A DNA stretch of 64,000 nt from an uncultured Methanomicrobiales archaeon (GCA_963697895.1 OY969100.1:1280001-1344000); one strand, 5' to 3'. Positions 41,309-52,620 are shown, counted from the first letter of the stretch. The notes: generated from the sequence alone by a model not told the origin. Numbers and translations are program-made.

Positions 41309-44300
41309 ATGAAATCAAGAACACACCTGATGATGGGTATCCTTGTGATCCTGGTCATCGCGTTACTGGCCGGTGCCGTAACCGCGGTGGTCATCGAAGG
41401 AGATGCCCAGGTGGACTATTCCAACCAGCATAGTACCACCCAGCACTCGGCTACGGTCGAGAAGAATGTGAATGTAAAGCTGCAGAACAAAGCATCCGTC
41501 AAAGACGCAACGAACGGCGGAACAGACACCGCCACCAGCGGCGACGGGAAGATCACGGTCAACCTCAACTCAAACATCAAGGCGAGCGGCAAGACGACAG
41601 GGACCGGCACCGCGATCCTGAACGGCAGCGTCAAAGCCGAGGGGTCCGATGACGACTCCGGCAATGCCGTGATCAACTCGTCCATCACGAGCAGCGTGAC
41701 CCTCGACTCCGGTAACAAAGGAACGGCCGAGGGCGAGGTCTGCTCGTCCGGGACCGCATCCGCCACGTATAACGGGACCGAGATGCAGACGAATGTCTCC
41801 GGATCTTCCAAGGCAAGTGGTAAAGTGCAGAGTGCCTCCGTCAGCATACTCAATGCGACGGGAGGGATCACTTCCCAGGCATCCAATCTGCTGGATTATG
41901 ACCCCACGGTGAATGCCCTGATCTATGCCGACGTATACGGCGAGAACCAGGCCTCCGGCGGGGCCTGGGCCTCAGGGAACGCCTCCGCCAGTGCCGACAC
42001 GGGCAACCTGACCGCGTACGTAACGGGTACCACGAAGGCGGACGGCTCCGGAAAAGGCTCGGGCGGGTTTACCTCCAATGCGGCGATCGCATCCGAAGCA
42101 GTAGATCCGGCTGTTGCAATTCACGTAGCGAGCCAGATCTCGTCCAACAGTTCGGTATGGAGCGGAACCGGTAAGTATACCGCTACTGCCTCTTCATCCG
42201 CGTCCACACCGGTCGGGAAAGAGAACACAGCCTACTATGGACAGCCACCGTCTGAGACGCACGAATTCTACGTGAACACCACGGGAACGGCCAGCAGCAC
42301 CGCAGCCATCTGCGACAGCAAGGGTGAAGCCGGCAGCGAATCCCAGATCCTTGCATTTACTGACGTTCCCATGGCGATTTGCCAACTAGGGTTCGGACCC
42401 GAGTTCGCGTACGTGAACTTCACCTTCAGTCCCGAATATGCCGATGGGAGCGTCCTCCAGAGCGACGCCTGGGCAACCGGGTACGACAAGAATGCGAAGG
42501 TATCGGCGGCCGCTTCGACCAAGGGAGCCGCAAACGCGGTGCTCGATATCAACATAACTGAAGGCCCGTTGGAATTTATCACTTCTTCCGCCACCAATGC
42601 CATGGGGAACACCTCAGCGAAGGTCGACGTCAAGGGCTGTGGCGATGCGTACGCAGACTCCCAGATTGCCTCATTAGACCTGATCGGCGCTAATGAAGGT
42701 ACCTTCAGCCTTGACGTTATCAGCCCCATTGAAGACTCAGTCACTCTCCCACAGGTGCCGGATACGCAGAACCTGCCAAGTACTCCGATCACCGGAGATC
42801 TCAATTCACTCAATCCGGGTGTCATCCTGCAGCAGCCGAGCCCGCAACTCGAGTTCGATCTCCCTAATATCGATGTACTCGAGATCAGCATCATCTCCCA
42901 GTCGGTCTATGCCTCCGGCAGCGACAGTGGTAAAAAGACCGCCAACGCCTGCGCAGATGGCGTAACCGCGGCCGATGGGCAGCATACGACGACTTACATT
43001 ACCGGACCTGTGATTATCACTCAGGGAGCCACCGGGAGCAGTAATGCATCCGGCAGAGTCGAGGGCGGGGCGGTGGCCGGGACAAAGTCCGACCATGACC
43101 CGGCATCCGCATCGGTAATCCTCGGGGTCTCCGCACAGGGGATCGACGGGAACCAGGGGCTTGACGCGACCCTGATCGCGAGCACATCCGGGGCCGCATC
43201 CGGTAGCACCTGGGGCACGGCAACCGGGAATGCGAACGCAGCAGGAGGATTTGTTCCTAACGCAGCGCCATCGAGCTCTTCCGGCACGGTGAGCACGTCT
43301 GCCAATGCAAATGGCGGACTGGGGCTCTCTGCAGCGGCAATCGGTTCAGCTGATTTTGCATCTGACGAAGGAAACGGGGGCGACCTCGTGGATGTCGCCC
43401 TGATCGGGACCGGAGGATTCGCCGCCGGCACCGCAGGGGCGCACGCGTTCGCAGACGGCCAGACCGAAGCGAACGGGTCCATCAACCATACGGTCTTAAT
43501 TGGCGATCCTACTTATCTAACCCTGCTGAATGTCACTTCGGCTGCCTTTGCCGATGGCACGGCATGCTCCGATGTCAGCACCAAGAACGGCGTCGCTCTT
43601 GCGGCCGATGTCCTCCTATCCGGTGAAAATTCCGGTGGCGGTGGATTCGACTCCTCCGGTGGCGGTGGCGGCACCGCAGGGAGCATGGTCGGCCAGGTCG
43701 TATTCGCCCAGCAGTTCGGCAAATCCGGTTCTGCAAAAGCGGATACCAGGGCCGACGGCGAGGCTGGTACCAGCAGCACCTTCTATGTAGATCTTGGTCC
43801 GGGCGAGAACGGTCCGATGTACATATCCGGATCCGGTACAACCGATGCCTCCGGAACGGCGAGCGGAAGCGCGAACGCCGGCTGTGGAGACCCGCTCTCT
43901 GCATCGTCGATCGTCGCCTTCACCGAATTCGGTGGCGGGGGTGCCGGAGTAGACAGCTCATTCGTTGGAGGCGGTGAGACCTACGACGCTGCGCTCATCA
44001 GCAGCCTTTCCGCATCGTGGGGCAAGTCGGCCGATACCTGGGGAGCTGCTGACGGCACTGCCCTTGCAGACTCATCCCTTGTCGTGAACACCACACCAGA
44101 GGATGAAAGCCTCTTTATCTGGAACTCCACGAGCAGCGCAGATGCCAAGGTCAAGACCACGGCCAGCACCAAGAGCCCAGAGAGTTTCGCCCTCGGGGTT
44201 GCAGCCCAGGGTGCGTCCAGCGAAGTAGAGGCCTCCATTCTGAACGAGGGAGGCACTGTCGAAGAGCATGCCATCACCCTCGACGGAGCGCTGTCACTGG

Positions 44301-45886
44301 CGGCAGGCGACGGTAAGGCTACGGCCGACGTCAACAAGGAAGAGAAGACGTATAAGAAAGGAAAAACACTCGTGGTCGAGTGTGTTCCCATCGTTAACCG
44401 GGAGGCAACGGCGCTCTCCCAGTTCACCGCGGATACAACCGATGACGGAATACCCGACGTGAACGTCACATCCACTTCGTTCTCGGGATCCAGTGCCAGC
44501 TCCGCGGCCGAAGCCGCGAAGGGCGGGTTTGGCTTTGCACTCGCGGGTGAAGCCTCAGGGTCGTTCACCGACCTCGATGCAAGCGGCGAGGTACCGATCG
44601 CTGACCAGGACGTCTTCTCCGTGATCGCGGATGTCGTCGCAGCGGACCCGGATAACCCCAAGGAAACCGCCAAGGCTTCCGGGTCAGCAACCGGGGAGAC
44701 CAATGCGTTCAGCTTCGCAGCGGTACCGAACTGGAACGGAACGCAGTCCAGCGCTGCGAATGGCAGTGTTTCGGGATCGGCCGAGGCCGGCGATACCTGC
44801 AAAGACCCGATCTCCGCATCGCTGATCCTCTCCTTCGGGGAGAACAATGCGTATCCCGACCCCGCGAATGCCGCTGTCCCGGTCATGGACAGCCGGGACT
44901 CGACACTGATCGCCACCCTGTCGGCGACTGGCGGGGACAATGGGAAGACCGGCGGAACGGCTAAGGGATCTGCCGTCGCAACAGGATCCCAGGTGACGGC
45001 TCCGTACGACGGATACAGCCCGATCGTTGCCCCGAGTGCAAACGCATCGAGCAAGGCGGATGTGACCAGCTACGCCTCGGCCGTCAAGGGAGAGGCGCTC
45101 GGTGTCTCCGGCGTCGGATCCACGAGCGATGCGCATGTCGACATCAACCTCGAGACCGTCACCGACGAAAACCTCCTCTTCAGCTACGCCGCCGGGGAAG
45201 GGTACGGCAAGAAGTCGAAGGTGGATGCCTGTGCCAGTTACGATGCCGTCGGCACCGCAACGGCTGACAGCAACATACTCGATATCGATCCGGTCGTCCC
45301 CAAGGTGGTCTCCAACGCGAGCGCTGCCGGCAAGGGGGTCAGCACCGTTCAGGTCAGCGACGGGAACGAAGCGGAAGCGCTCACCTTCGGATGGGTACAG
45401 CAGAACGCCTCGATCAACTACTCGATCGCATTTGACAACAACGATCCCGCGAATGCCTCACACGCCGACGCCCTCGCACTCTTCGGTGCAGAGGTGAACG
45501 CGACCAACGATGCGAAGGGGACCTTTGCGAATGCGGACATGACGAAGGTGAACCTCTCCGCCGCGGCACGGGCCGGGCCGTACAACAACATCGTCAACAT
45601 CCCGGAAGACAATGCCACGGTGAGTGTCGCCAACGGTCACACCTGGGCGTTCCTGGACCCGGACGGCGGAATATCCCACAACGGGTTCCTCGACATCGAC
45701 ACCCTGGCGACGTACACCGAGACGAGCAACGGAAACACGACCAACGGGAAGTTCATCACCGCCGACCTGATCTCCGACCCGAATTACGGGTATACCCATG
45801 GAGGTTCCTGGGCCGACAGCGACAACCCGTCACCGGTCCCGTTCCCGCCCCGCGACTACATCCTGCCTATGCTCCCGCCCATCTAG
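41309..45886 (+). CDS. ~1525-aa secreted acidic Ala/Ser/Gly/Thr-rich protein with degenerate internal repeats
   Basis: signal peptide MKSRTHLMMGILVILVIALLAGAVTA; recurring DP[ALI]SAS[SVL]I and D[AS][TA]LI[AS][ST] motifs; Pro-rich C-terminus; GAGGT RBS. Confidence 0.8.
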   Translation: MKSRTHLMMGILVILVIALLAGAVTAVVIEGDAQVDYSNQHSTTQHSATVEKNVNVKLQNKASVKDATNGGTDTATSGDGKITVNLNSNIKASGKTTGTGTAILNGSVKAEGSDDDSGNAVINSSITSSVTLDSGNKGTAEGEVCSSGTASATYNGTEMQTNVSGSSKASGKVQSASVSILNATGGITSQASNLLDYDPTVNALIYADVYGENQASGGAWASGNASASADTGNLTAYVTGTTKADGSGKGSGGFTSNAAIASEAVDPAVAIHVASQISSNSSVWSGTGKYTATASSSASTPVGKENTAYYGQPPSETHEFYVNTTGTASSTAAICDSKGEAGSESQILAFTDVPMAICQLGFGPEFAYVNFTFSPEYADGSVLQSDAWATGYDKNAKVSAAASTKGAANAVLDINITEGPLEFITSSATNAMGNTSAKVDVKGCGDAYADSQIASLDLIGANEGTFSLDVISPIEDSVTLPQVPDTQNLPSTPITGDLNSLNPGVILQQPSPQLEFDLPNIDVLEISIISQSVYASGSDSGKKTANACADGVTAADGQHTTTYITGPVIITQGATGSSNASGRVEGGAVAGTKSDHDPASASVILGVSAQGIDGNQGLDATLIASTSGAASGSTWGTATGNANAAGGFVPNAAPSSSSGTVSTSANANGGLGLSAAAIGSADFASDEGNGGDLVDVALIGTGGFAAGTAGAHAFADGQTEANGSINHTVLIGDPTYLTLLNVTSAAFADGTACSDVSTKNGVALAADVLLSGENSGGGGFDSSGGGGGTAGSMVGQVVFAQQFGKSGSAKADTRADGEAGTSSTFYVDLGPGENGPMYISGSGTTDASGTASGSANAGCGDPLSASSIVAFTEFGGGGAGVDSSFVGGGETYDAALISSLSASWGKSADTWGAADGTALADSSLVVNTTPEDESLFIWNSTSSADAKVKTTASTKSPESFALGVAAQGASSEVEASILNEGGTVEEHAITLDGALSLAAGDGKATADVNKEEKTYKKGKTLVVECVPIVNREATALSQFTADTTDDGIPDVNVTSTSFSGSSASSAAEAAKGGFGFALAGEASGSFTDLDASGEVPIADQDVFSVIADVVAADPDNPKETAKASGSATGETNAFSFAAVPNWNGTQSSAANGSVSGSAEAGDTCKDPISASLILSFGENNAYPDPANAAVPVMDSRDSTLIATLSATGGDNGKTGGTAKGSAVATGSQVTAPYDGYSPIVAPSANASSKADVTSYASAVKGEALGVSGVGSTSDAHVDINLETVTDENLLFSYAAGEGYGKKSKVDACASYDAVGTATADSNILDIDPVVPKVVSNASAAGKGVSTVQVSDGNEAEALTFGWVQQNASINYSIAFDNNDPANASHADALALFGAEVNATNDAKGTFANADMTKVNLSAAARAGPYNNIVNIPEDNATVSVANGHTWAFLDPDGGISHNGFLDIDTLATYTETSNGNTTNGKFITADLISDPNYGYTHGGSWADSDNPSPVPFPPRDYILPMLPPI

Positions 45887-45897
45887 GCGGTGAACCA

Positions 45898-45938
45898 CGG
45901 AAAGGGGTAACTCTTTCCGGTATCTTCTTTTTTCTCCT
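45898..45938 (+). terminator. hairpin plus oligo-T after the large secreted protein gene
   Basis: cggaaagggg-taa-ctctttccg followed by ttctttttttctcc. Confidence 0.5.
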
Positions 45939-46624
45939 AATCTCCCATCCCACTTCGAGCAAGAATTCCTGCAGCTGATCCGATACACAACACATCGTAC
46001 CTGGTGAGTGGCAAGAACCTGCATTCAATGCCGGATTCCTGGAGATCGTCTCTCCCCTTCTACGCGGTCAGAACCCGAAATAAACAATCATTTTAATCAG
46101 GCTTCCTACGGATTCGGAACATCAGTTCATATGAGTATTCATCGGGACAAATGGCGGTCGAAAAAACGCCGATTCAGGAATCAACCTCTTTTTTTCACCA
46201 ACATTTTCATTGTCTCTCCAGCTAAGCAAATGAACAACACCGGCGGAAATTACGTGACACGAGGGCACATTTTCCGATAAAAATTACGAGCTTGAACCAT
46301 ACTCTAGGACATACCCCATAACTATTGCCGTTCTAACATTATTCAGAAGACAGGCGGATATCGCCACTCGCAAAGTTCAATCCCATCGAGATATTCGCTT
46401 GAGGCGATCGGTTCCTCGTTAAACACAGGCGATCGCCAGGTTTCAATCCCGGTCCTTATCGGATAGGCGGTAAAATGCGAGCTGGATAATATTTTTTCGG
46501 AAGACCTTCACGATCATCCGCGAATCCCGGGAACGGACCGATACGATAACCCGGAACTAAGAGCGATTAATAAATTTACGGGTGATATCCTCTCGGATCA
46601 CCCGTCCTGATTTCCCGAATGTGT

Positions 46625-47092
46625 TCAGTATGCTGATGTCTTTGATGGGATCGGGAAGCTCCTGTACTGGAGTACTATCTTTCCGGATCCATCATACATT
46701 GACAGGGTGGTTCCATCGGAACTGATCGCCCATGACTTTGCCATCGGGAGATCCGCAAGGTATGCTGACTCCTGGTCCATCAGCCCCGCCGGTTCCGCAC
46801 AGAACATTAGCGTGGATGTTGGCGTCGAGATCGTGATCGCGTTTCCATTCACTGACCAGGTGGCTGCATACTGGTTGCAACCGGCGCTGCCGGAGAGCTG
46901 CCCGTTGGTCCCGAACGTTGCGGTGACATTCGTCCCGCTGATGACAGGTGAATATACCCCGGTTGAATTTACGTAATACGCGAGATTCCATGACGAACCG
47001 AGAAGCTGCGGTGTGGTCGTATAGGTCGTGCATCCGGCAACCAGAACGGCTGCCAGACAAATGCCTGCTATAATCGGAAGTACGAGTCTCAT
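46625..47092 (-). CDS. META-domain (HslJ-like) lipoprotein
   Basis: lipobox VAGC; LLGSSWNL, GSAGCNQY, STLMFC, MDQESAYL. Confidence 0.88.
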   Translation of the reverse strand: MRLVLPIIAGICLAAVLVAGCTTYTTTPQLLGSSWNLAYYVNSTGVYSPVISGTNVTATFGTNGQLSGSAGCNQYAATWSVNGNAITISTPTSTLMFCAEPAGLMDQESAYLADLPMAKSWAISSDGTTLSMYDGSGKIVLQYRSFPIPSKTSAY

Positions 47093-47229
47093 AGGTATCG
47101 TTCAACGGATGGATTTTAGGGTATATAATACTTCCCGAAAAGACCCGGTCATCGGATAAGAGAATGCCCGAAAACCCGATACTGTCCGACAACAGACTCT
47201 TAACGGTCCTGGACAACAGTACAACATTC

Positions 47230-47880
47230 ATGAAAATAATCCGGCTCGCCGCCATCGCAGTCCTCATCGTAACATTCATCATTACCCTCCTTTCGTATCC
47301 CGTTCTACCCGATCCTATTGTGGTCCACTGGAATGCCGCCGGTGAGGCGGACGGGTATATGTCGAAACTCTTTGGGCTGTTCCTGACCCCGCTGATCATG
47401 CTCGGGCTCGCCGCCCTGTTCGCAGTTCTCCCGCGGATCGACCCCCTCAAGAAGAATTATGCACAATTCCGGAACTATTACGATGGATTGATCCTTGCAA
47501 TCCTCCTGTTTATGGGGATCATCCAGTTCCAGCTGATCCTCTGGAACCTGGGGGTACAGATAAGCCCCAACCTCACGTTTCCCATAATCTTCGGTATTCT
47601 GTCTATTTATATCGGATTCGTCCTCGACCACGCGGAACAGAACTGGTTCGTGGGAATCCGGACGCCCTGGACGCTCTCCAGTGAAACGGTATGGAAGAAG
47701 ACCCATGCAATGGGGGGAAAATTATTCAAAATAGCCGGTGTCATCTGTTTTATCGGGGTATTGTTCCCCGATTATGCATTCTGGTTTATTCTGATCCCCA
47801 TTATCGCGGTGGCCCTGTATACCGTCGTGTTTTCGTACTGGGAATACCAAAAAGAAATCCGGGAACGGGTGCCTGCATAA
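47230..47880 (+). CDS. SdpI family protein (DUF1648 + SdpI)
   Basis: LPDPIVVHWNAAGEADGY, PRIDP, NWFVGIRTPWTLSSETVWKKTH. Confidence 0.9.
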   Translation: MKIIRLAAIAVLIVTFIITLLSYPVLPDPIVVHWNAAGEADGYMSKLFGLFLTPLIMLGLAALFAVLPRIDPLKKNYAQFRNYYDGLILAILLFMGIIQFQLILWNLGVQISPNLTFPIIFGILSIYIGFVLDHAEQNWFVGIRTPWTLSSETVWKKTHAMGGKLFKIAGVICFIGVLFPDYAFWFILIPIIAVALYTVVFSYWEYQKEIRERVPA

Positions 47881-47903
47881 CCGTTCCCGGACGGGGTTCG
47901 GTA

Positions 47904-48257
47904 TCATGCCATACTCACGCCCGGGGTTCCCGAAATTACATCATAAGTTATTCCCAGTGCGAGAGTAGTCGCGACAAATCCGAGCATCACCCCGGCGAGA
48001 ACGAGAGTCAGCCCCTTCCTACCCTTTTTCGCACCTTTGATGTAAATTTCATAGGTCAGGTACAGGGCCACGAAGAAGATGGCAAAACTTATTATTGAAA
48101 TAACAATCTGCAGGTCGGCCGAAACCATGGCCTCAATCTCTGGCCGTGCGGTATCCCAGGCGAGAGCAATGAGATTGCCCAGACCCGGAAGGCCCAGCCT
48201 GAGCGTGACGCCCGATATGATTGCGGAGATGAACAGTCTGCGATCTCTTCTTCTCAT
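47904..48257 (-). CDS. hypothetical membrane protein
   Basis: three hydrophobic segments; fills the intergenic gap. Confidence 0.6.
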   Translation of the reverse strand: MRRRDRRLFISAIISGVTLRLGLPGLGNLIALAWDTARPEIEAMVSADLQIVISIISFAIFFVALYLTYEIYIKGAKKGRKGLTLVLAGVMLGFVATTLALGITYDVISGTPGVSMA

Positions 48258-48505
48258 ACAGTGGTGACTATCCAGTATCTGTTCCGTAGAACGATTAACC
48301 TCTCCCCGTCGTGAATTTTGGGCTGAAGGGTCATTTTAAGGCAGATCTCCGGGATAAGTTCCATTTGTCTGAAAAATTATTCCCCTCCCTCGGACCTGCA
48401 GACAAAGAGATGACTTTTAAGTCCGGATATCCGAAGATATCAAGGAATAGGGATGAACCGGAGGGGTTTTGTCGATGATCGAAATCTATTTCATGAGCCT
48501 AGCAT

Positions 48506-48892
48506 ATGTCACCATCTATGTCGAACATAGCGTATTTCGAAGTGCCCGTGGATGACCTGAAGCGGGCGAGAAAATTCTATTCCGATCTCCTCGGGTGGGA
48601 GTTTATGCCGACCGATGTTCCGGATATTCCCATGGAGTATTGGAATATCACGACAGGAGCGGCCAAGGAGGGAACCCTGAACATGGGAGGGATGTACCAG
48701 CGGCAGGGCCCGATGGGAGGCATCCTCACGTATGTAAAAGTCGATAAGATCGACAAGACCCTCGCACGGGTGGAGAAGCTCGGGGGAAAAGTCATAAACC
48801 CAAAGATGACGATAAAAACGGTCGGGAGTATGGCGACAATCCTCGATAGCGAAGGAAATGTGATCGCACTCTGGGAACAGGAAAAAAAATAG
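48506..48892 (+). CDS. VOC/glyoxalase family protein
   Basis: IAYFEVPVDDLKRARKFYSDLLGWEF, LGGK, DSEGNVIALW. Confidence 0.9.
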   Translation: MSPSMSNIAYFEVPVDDLKRARKFYSDLLGWEFMPTDVPDIPMEYWNITTGAAKEGTLNMGGMYQRQGPMGGILTYVKVDKIDKTLARVEKLGGKVINPKMTIKTVGSMATILDSEGNVIALWEQEKK

Positions 48893-49045
48893 ATCGTTTT
48901 GGACCCGGATATCGCGGAGTCTGATTCCGTTCAGGTACCTATCCTGTACTTACCGGTCCAGTCATTCGACCCCATAATCAATAACTCCCGGTGAGAATTA
49001 TCCATCCAGAACAAATGCACTATGTCGGTTTGTGACAGGTGTTTC

Positions 49046-49837
49046 ATGAAAATTCTCGTTATCATGGGAAGTCCCCGGAAAGGCAATACCTACCGGGCGG
49101 CCGGCCGTATCGAAGCCGCGATGCATACGTTCGGCGAGGTCCGGTTCGAGTATCTGATGCTCCGGGAGGCGAATCTCGGGTCATGCACCGGATGTTTCGT
49201 CTGTTTTGAGAAAGGAGAAGAGCTTTGCCCGATAAAGGATAAGGCCCGGGAGATCGAGCAGATGATGCATGACGCCGACGGGGTCGTATTTGCCAGTCCT
49301 GTCTACGGGATGAATGTCTCCGGACTGATGAAAACGTTCATCGACCGGTTCTCCTACATCTTTCACCGGCCCCGGTTCTTCGATAAAAAGGCGCTGCTCC
49401 TTACAACGACCGGCGCTCTCGGCCAGAAAGATGTCCTGAAATATCTTCACCTGGTTGCCCGGGTATGGGGATTCGAGGTAGTGGATCAGGTGGGACTCGT
49501 GACTCCCCGGGAAGAAAACCCCGAACACCGCAGAAAAGAATACGATACGCAGATTACTGCAGCTGCACGGAAATTTTACGACTCCATTTCGAGCGGGAAC
49601 CGTTCATCCCCCGGACTCATGGATCTCATCATTTTTAATGCACAGCGGGTCTCCTTCAACGAACTGAGGGAAGAGGCCCCGGTTGATTACGAATACTGGA
49701 AAAACAAGGGGTGGCTCGGGAAGGGAAGAAAATATTACGTGGACGTTCCGGTAAACCCGGTCTACCACCTGATCGGGAGGATCGCCGGGTGGTTCGTTCT
49801 CCGCCAGGTGCGAAGAGACCGGCTGGAGCGGTGGTGA
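49046..49837 (+). CDS. flavodoxin-like NAD(P)H-dependent FMN reductase / iron-sulfur flavoprotein
   Basis: GSPRKGNT, CTGCFVC...C, ADGVVFASPVY, MKTFIDR. Confidence 0.88.
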   Translation: MKILVIMGSPRKGNTYRAAGRIEAAMHTFGEVRFEYLMLREANLGSCTGCFVCFEKGEELCPIKDKAREIEQMMHDADGVVFASPVYGMNVSGLMKTFIDRFSYIFHRPRFFDKKALLLTTTGALGQKDVLKYLHLVARVWGFEVVDQVGLVTPREENPEHRRKEYDTQITAAARKFYDSISSGNRSSPGLMDLIIFNAQRVSFNELREEAPVDYEYWKNKGWLGKGRKYYVDVPVNPVYHLIGRIAGWFVLRQVRRDRLERW

Positions 49838-50121
49838 GGTGGAGATACACCGGGAGAATCGGGATATTCCATTGTGGAGACGATAAGGTGGATCTTAAAG
49901 GGTGGAGTAAATCAGACCTCCCGGTAGGGAATGCCTGAGATATCGGTGTAACGTGCTCGTTTAAATTCTTTCAGGTCGAAATGGACCCTGAATGATTCAA
50001 TCGGTTATCCAGCGGGTTCACTGCTTGTGCCGGGGGCATTGCACCAATATTAGTATCCACTCCCACACCGTTAGGCAGGGATTCGAATCCGCACGGATCG
50101 ATATCCCGGGAGGTAAATGCG

Positions 50122-50286
50122 ATGAATTTCAACTATGGAAGAGAGATCACGGTTGCAATGGCTCACCGCACCAGGGAAGTACTTCTTGCCCGAAGGGCAC
50201 TCTGTGCTGCCGCGGGGATCCATACGACCACGGTAGTCATGCTCCTCGCATGCCTCGCTATTCCCATTCACGCGGTTCTTGCATAA
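50122..50286 (+). CDS. possible 54-aa small protein with a hydrophobic C-terminus
   Basis: GGAGGT Shine-Dalgarno at 50109-50114, ATG at 50122; below the ORF-track cutoff. Confidence 0.3.
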   Translation: MNFNYGREITVAMAHRTREVLLARRALCAAAGIHTTTVVMLLACLAIPIHAVLA

Positions 50287-50523
50287 CCGGTGAATACGCA
50301 CGCACCATACGAGATCTACGAATGATCCTGCCGAACCCCGAACCGTAAAATGCGCGAAAGATCCGGCAGGAACCAAAATATCCTTTATTGCGATCACGGC
50401 CGAAGATCCGGCTGCATCTCCGGTGAATTGTGCATATATTTTCATGCGCTTCTGACCTATTGGTCTGGGCATGTTCCCAGCGAATCCTTTTTCCGTTCCC
50501 CGGTGTGATAATCCAGACTGACC

Positions 50524-51400
50524 ATGAGTACCCTTCTCGACCAGGTGGCCCTGGGGGCGATCATCGATATCCTCTGGATTATCATCCTCGTCCTTGTCAT
50601 CTTCTTCATATTCATTATCCCGATGATGCAGCGGCGGACGATCAATTCTGCCCGGAGGCGACTTCTTTTCGGTCTCGGGCAGAAACGGAAGTCCCAGGTG
50701 ATAACCCTCATTCACCGGCAGGAGACCGTAAGCCTGCTCGGGATTCCGATCGTCCATTATATCGATATCGATGACAGCGAGGAAGTGCTCCGTGCGATCC
50801 GGAGCACGCCCCCGGACGTTCCAATCGACCTGATCCTCCATACACCGGGAGGGCTCGCCCTCAGCTGCGACCCAGATCGCACTCGCCCTGCGGGCACATC
50901 CCGGGCAAAAGACGGTGATCATCCCCCACTATGCGATGAGCGGCGGGACTATGATAGCGCTCGCGGCAGACCGGATCATCATGGACCCGCATGCCGCACT
51001 GGGTCCGGTCGACCCGCAGTTGCTGGACCAGACCGGGATTTATCCTGCAGTCTCCCTCCTTAATGTCCTGGAAAAGAAGCATATCAACCGGATCGATGAC
51101 CGGACGGTGATGCTCGCGGATGAAGCAAAGAAGGCGATAGACCAGACGGACTCCCTCATCAGGAAGCTTCTCGCCGATCGGTACTCGCCGGAGCAGATCG
51201 ATCGGGTGTCAATTGAGCTCGCTTCCGGGAAGTACCCCCACGACCACCCGCTCATGGCAGAAGATGTGGTAGAGCTCCTCGGAGATTCGGTATCGACCAC
51301 CGTGCCGGGAGAGGTCTACGACCTGATGAAACTCTACCGGATGGAGGTCGCCCGAAGAAGGCCTGGCGTGGAATATGTCCCTGTAGCACCAAAGAGATGA
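50524..51400 (+). CDS. ClpP-class serine protease (SDH_sah family); 1-bp insertion at ~50862 (probable sequencing error)
   Basis: LIHRQE, IDIDDSE, LHTPGG; removing one base gives GGLALAATQIA; PHYAMSGGTMIALAAD, LGPVDPQ, HDHP. Confidence 0.88.
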
Positions 51401-51579
51401 GGATAGAGCCAGGTTAAATCTCCGCAGGGATACCTGTCCGGGTACTAACCCTCCTGTCTTATTTCCTTTTTTTTTACGGGTTAGTCCCCCGGCAGCATGA
51501 AACATATCCCTATTTCGGACAGGTCTATACTGAACGCCCTGAGAAATGTTTATCCATATCAAGGCTGAATCGTGCATCC

Positions 51580-52371
51580 ATGAACCGGTGGATCCTGGTC
51601 CTCCTCATTGCAGTACTCATCCCGGGAATAGGGCAGAGTGTACCTGCAGACAGCTCGATGATCGCCGCGATCGGGAACCTCGTGCCGTTGCGAGGTACAG
51701 CACCCGGGGCCGAGTCGGTCTACCTCTTCCTCACGGGACCGAACCTTCCGTCTAATGGGGTGCGCCTGGAGGATGTTTCATCCCCGGTCATCTCCGGTGA
51801 TCCCGGCACGTTTACCCGGGCCTCGGTTTCCCAGGATCGGTGGGAATATAACTGGTATACGAATGCAGGGGGAAGGCTTGATGCCGGGACCTATACCGTC
51901 TATGTGGTCACTACCCCGGTTGGGCGTGAAGACCTGGATGGAGCGGTTTATTCGACGATCTCGGTGACCCTGACCACCCCGGTACTGATCGTTCCGCCGA
52001 CGGGGTCCCTCATAATAAGGTCCATCCCTTCCGGAGCGGAGGTGCGGGTCGACGGCGTTCTGCAGGAGACCACGCCGGTTGTATTGACCGGGGTTCCGGA
52101 AGGGGTCCACCAGGTCGAGGTTCAGCTACCCGGCTATGCCCCCGTCTTCCGCACGATAACGGTTACCGCAGGGGAGGCTGCTGAGGTGGATGCGGCACTC
52201 GCCCCGGTAACCAGTCCGCAAACCACCGTCCTCACGACTTCCGTCACATCACCTCCCGGGACTTCCGTCCCGACACCATCACCCACCACAGCCGGATGGC
52301 CCGTCGTGATCGCCCCGCTCTGTCTCGCCGCTGCCGCCATGTGGTTTCATCACCGCCGGAGTTCTCTCTGA
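51580..52371 (+). CDS. secreted PEGA-domain protein with a Thr/Pro linker and C-terminal membrane anchor
   Basis: signal peptide; VYLFLTGPNLPSNGV; GSLIIRSIPSGAEVRVDG (PEGA); hydrophobic tail plus basic residues. Confidence 0.8.
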   Translation: MNRWILVLLIAVLIPGIGQSVPADSSMIAAIGNLVPLRGTAPGAESVYLFLTGPNLPSNGVRLEDVSSPVISGDPGTFTRASVSQDRWEYNWYTNAGGRLDAGTYTVYVVTTPVGREDLDGAVYSTISVTLTTPVLIVPPTGSLIIRSIPSGAEVRVDGVLQETTPVVLTGVPEGVHQVEVQLPGYAPVFRTITVTAGEAAEVDAALAPVTSPQTTVLTTSVTSPPGTSVPTPSPTTAGWPVVIAPLCLAAAAMWFHHRRSSL

Positions 52372-52620
52372 ATAAAAGAGGAACATCCACATCGAATTGA
52401 CAGGTTCTGCAATACGGGCTTCCTCTGATCTCGTGGGGATCATTCCTGCACCGTATGCACCCATAGGGATCTTCCAGTACAGTGTTCTCTAAAATGCAGC
52501 GATCTCATGGTCAGAGACGTGGTTCTCCCGCGAAGGTCACGTATCTTTTTATAGGGGTGTGCAGAAGTAATGCCCAAACCCCTGACATTCTGGAAAAATG
52601 TGAGGGAAAGGTGAACGATA

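Noticed and set aside
46374-46480. Two GTT(T)CAATCCC words about 65 bp apart, resembling the start of methanogen CRISPR repeats
   Set aside because: Similarity stops after ~10 nt, there are only two copies, and no cas genes are present
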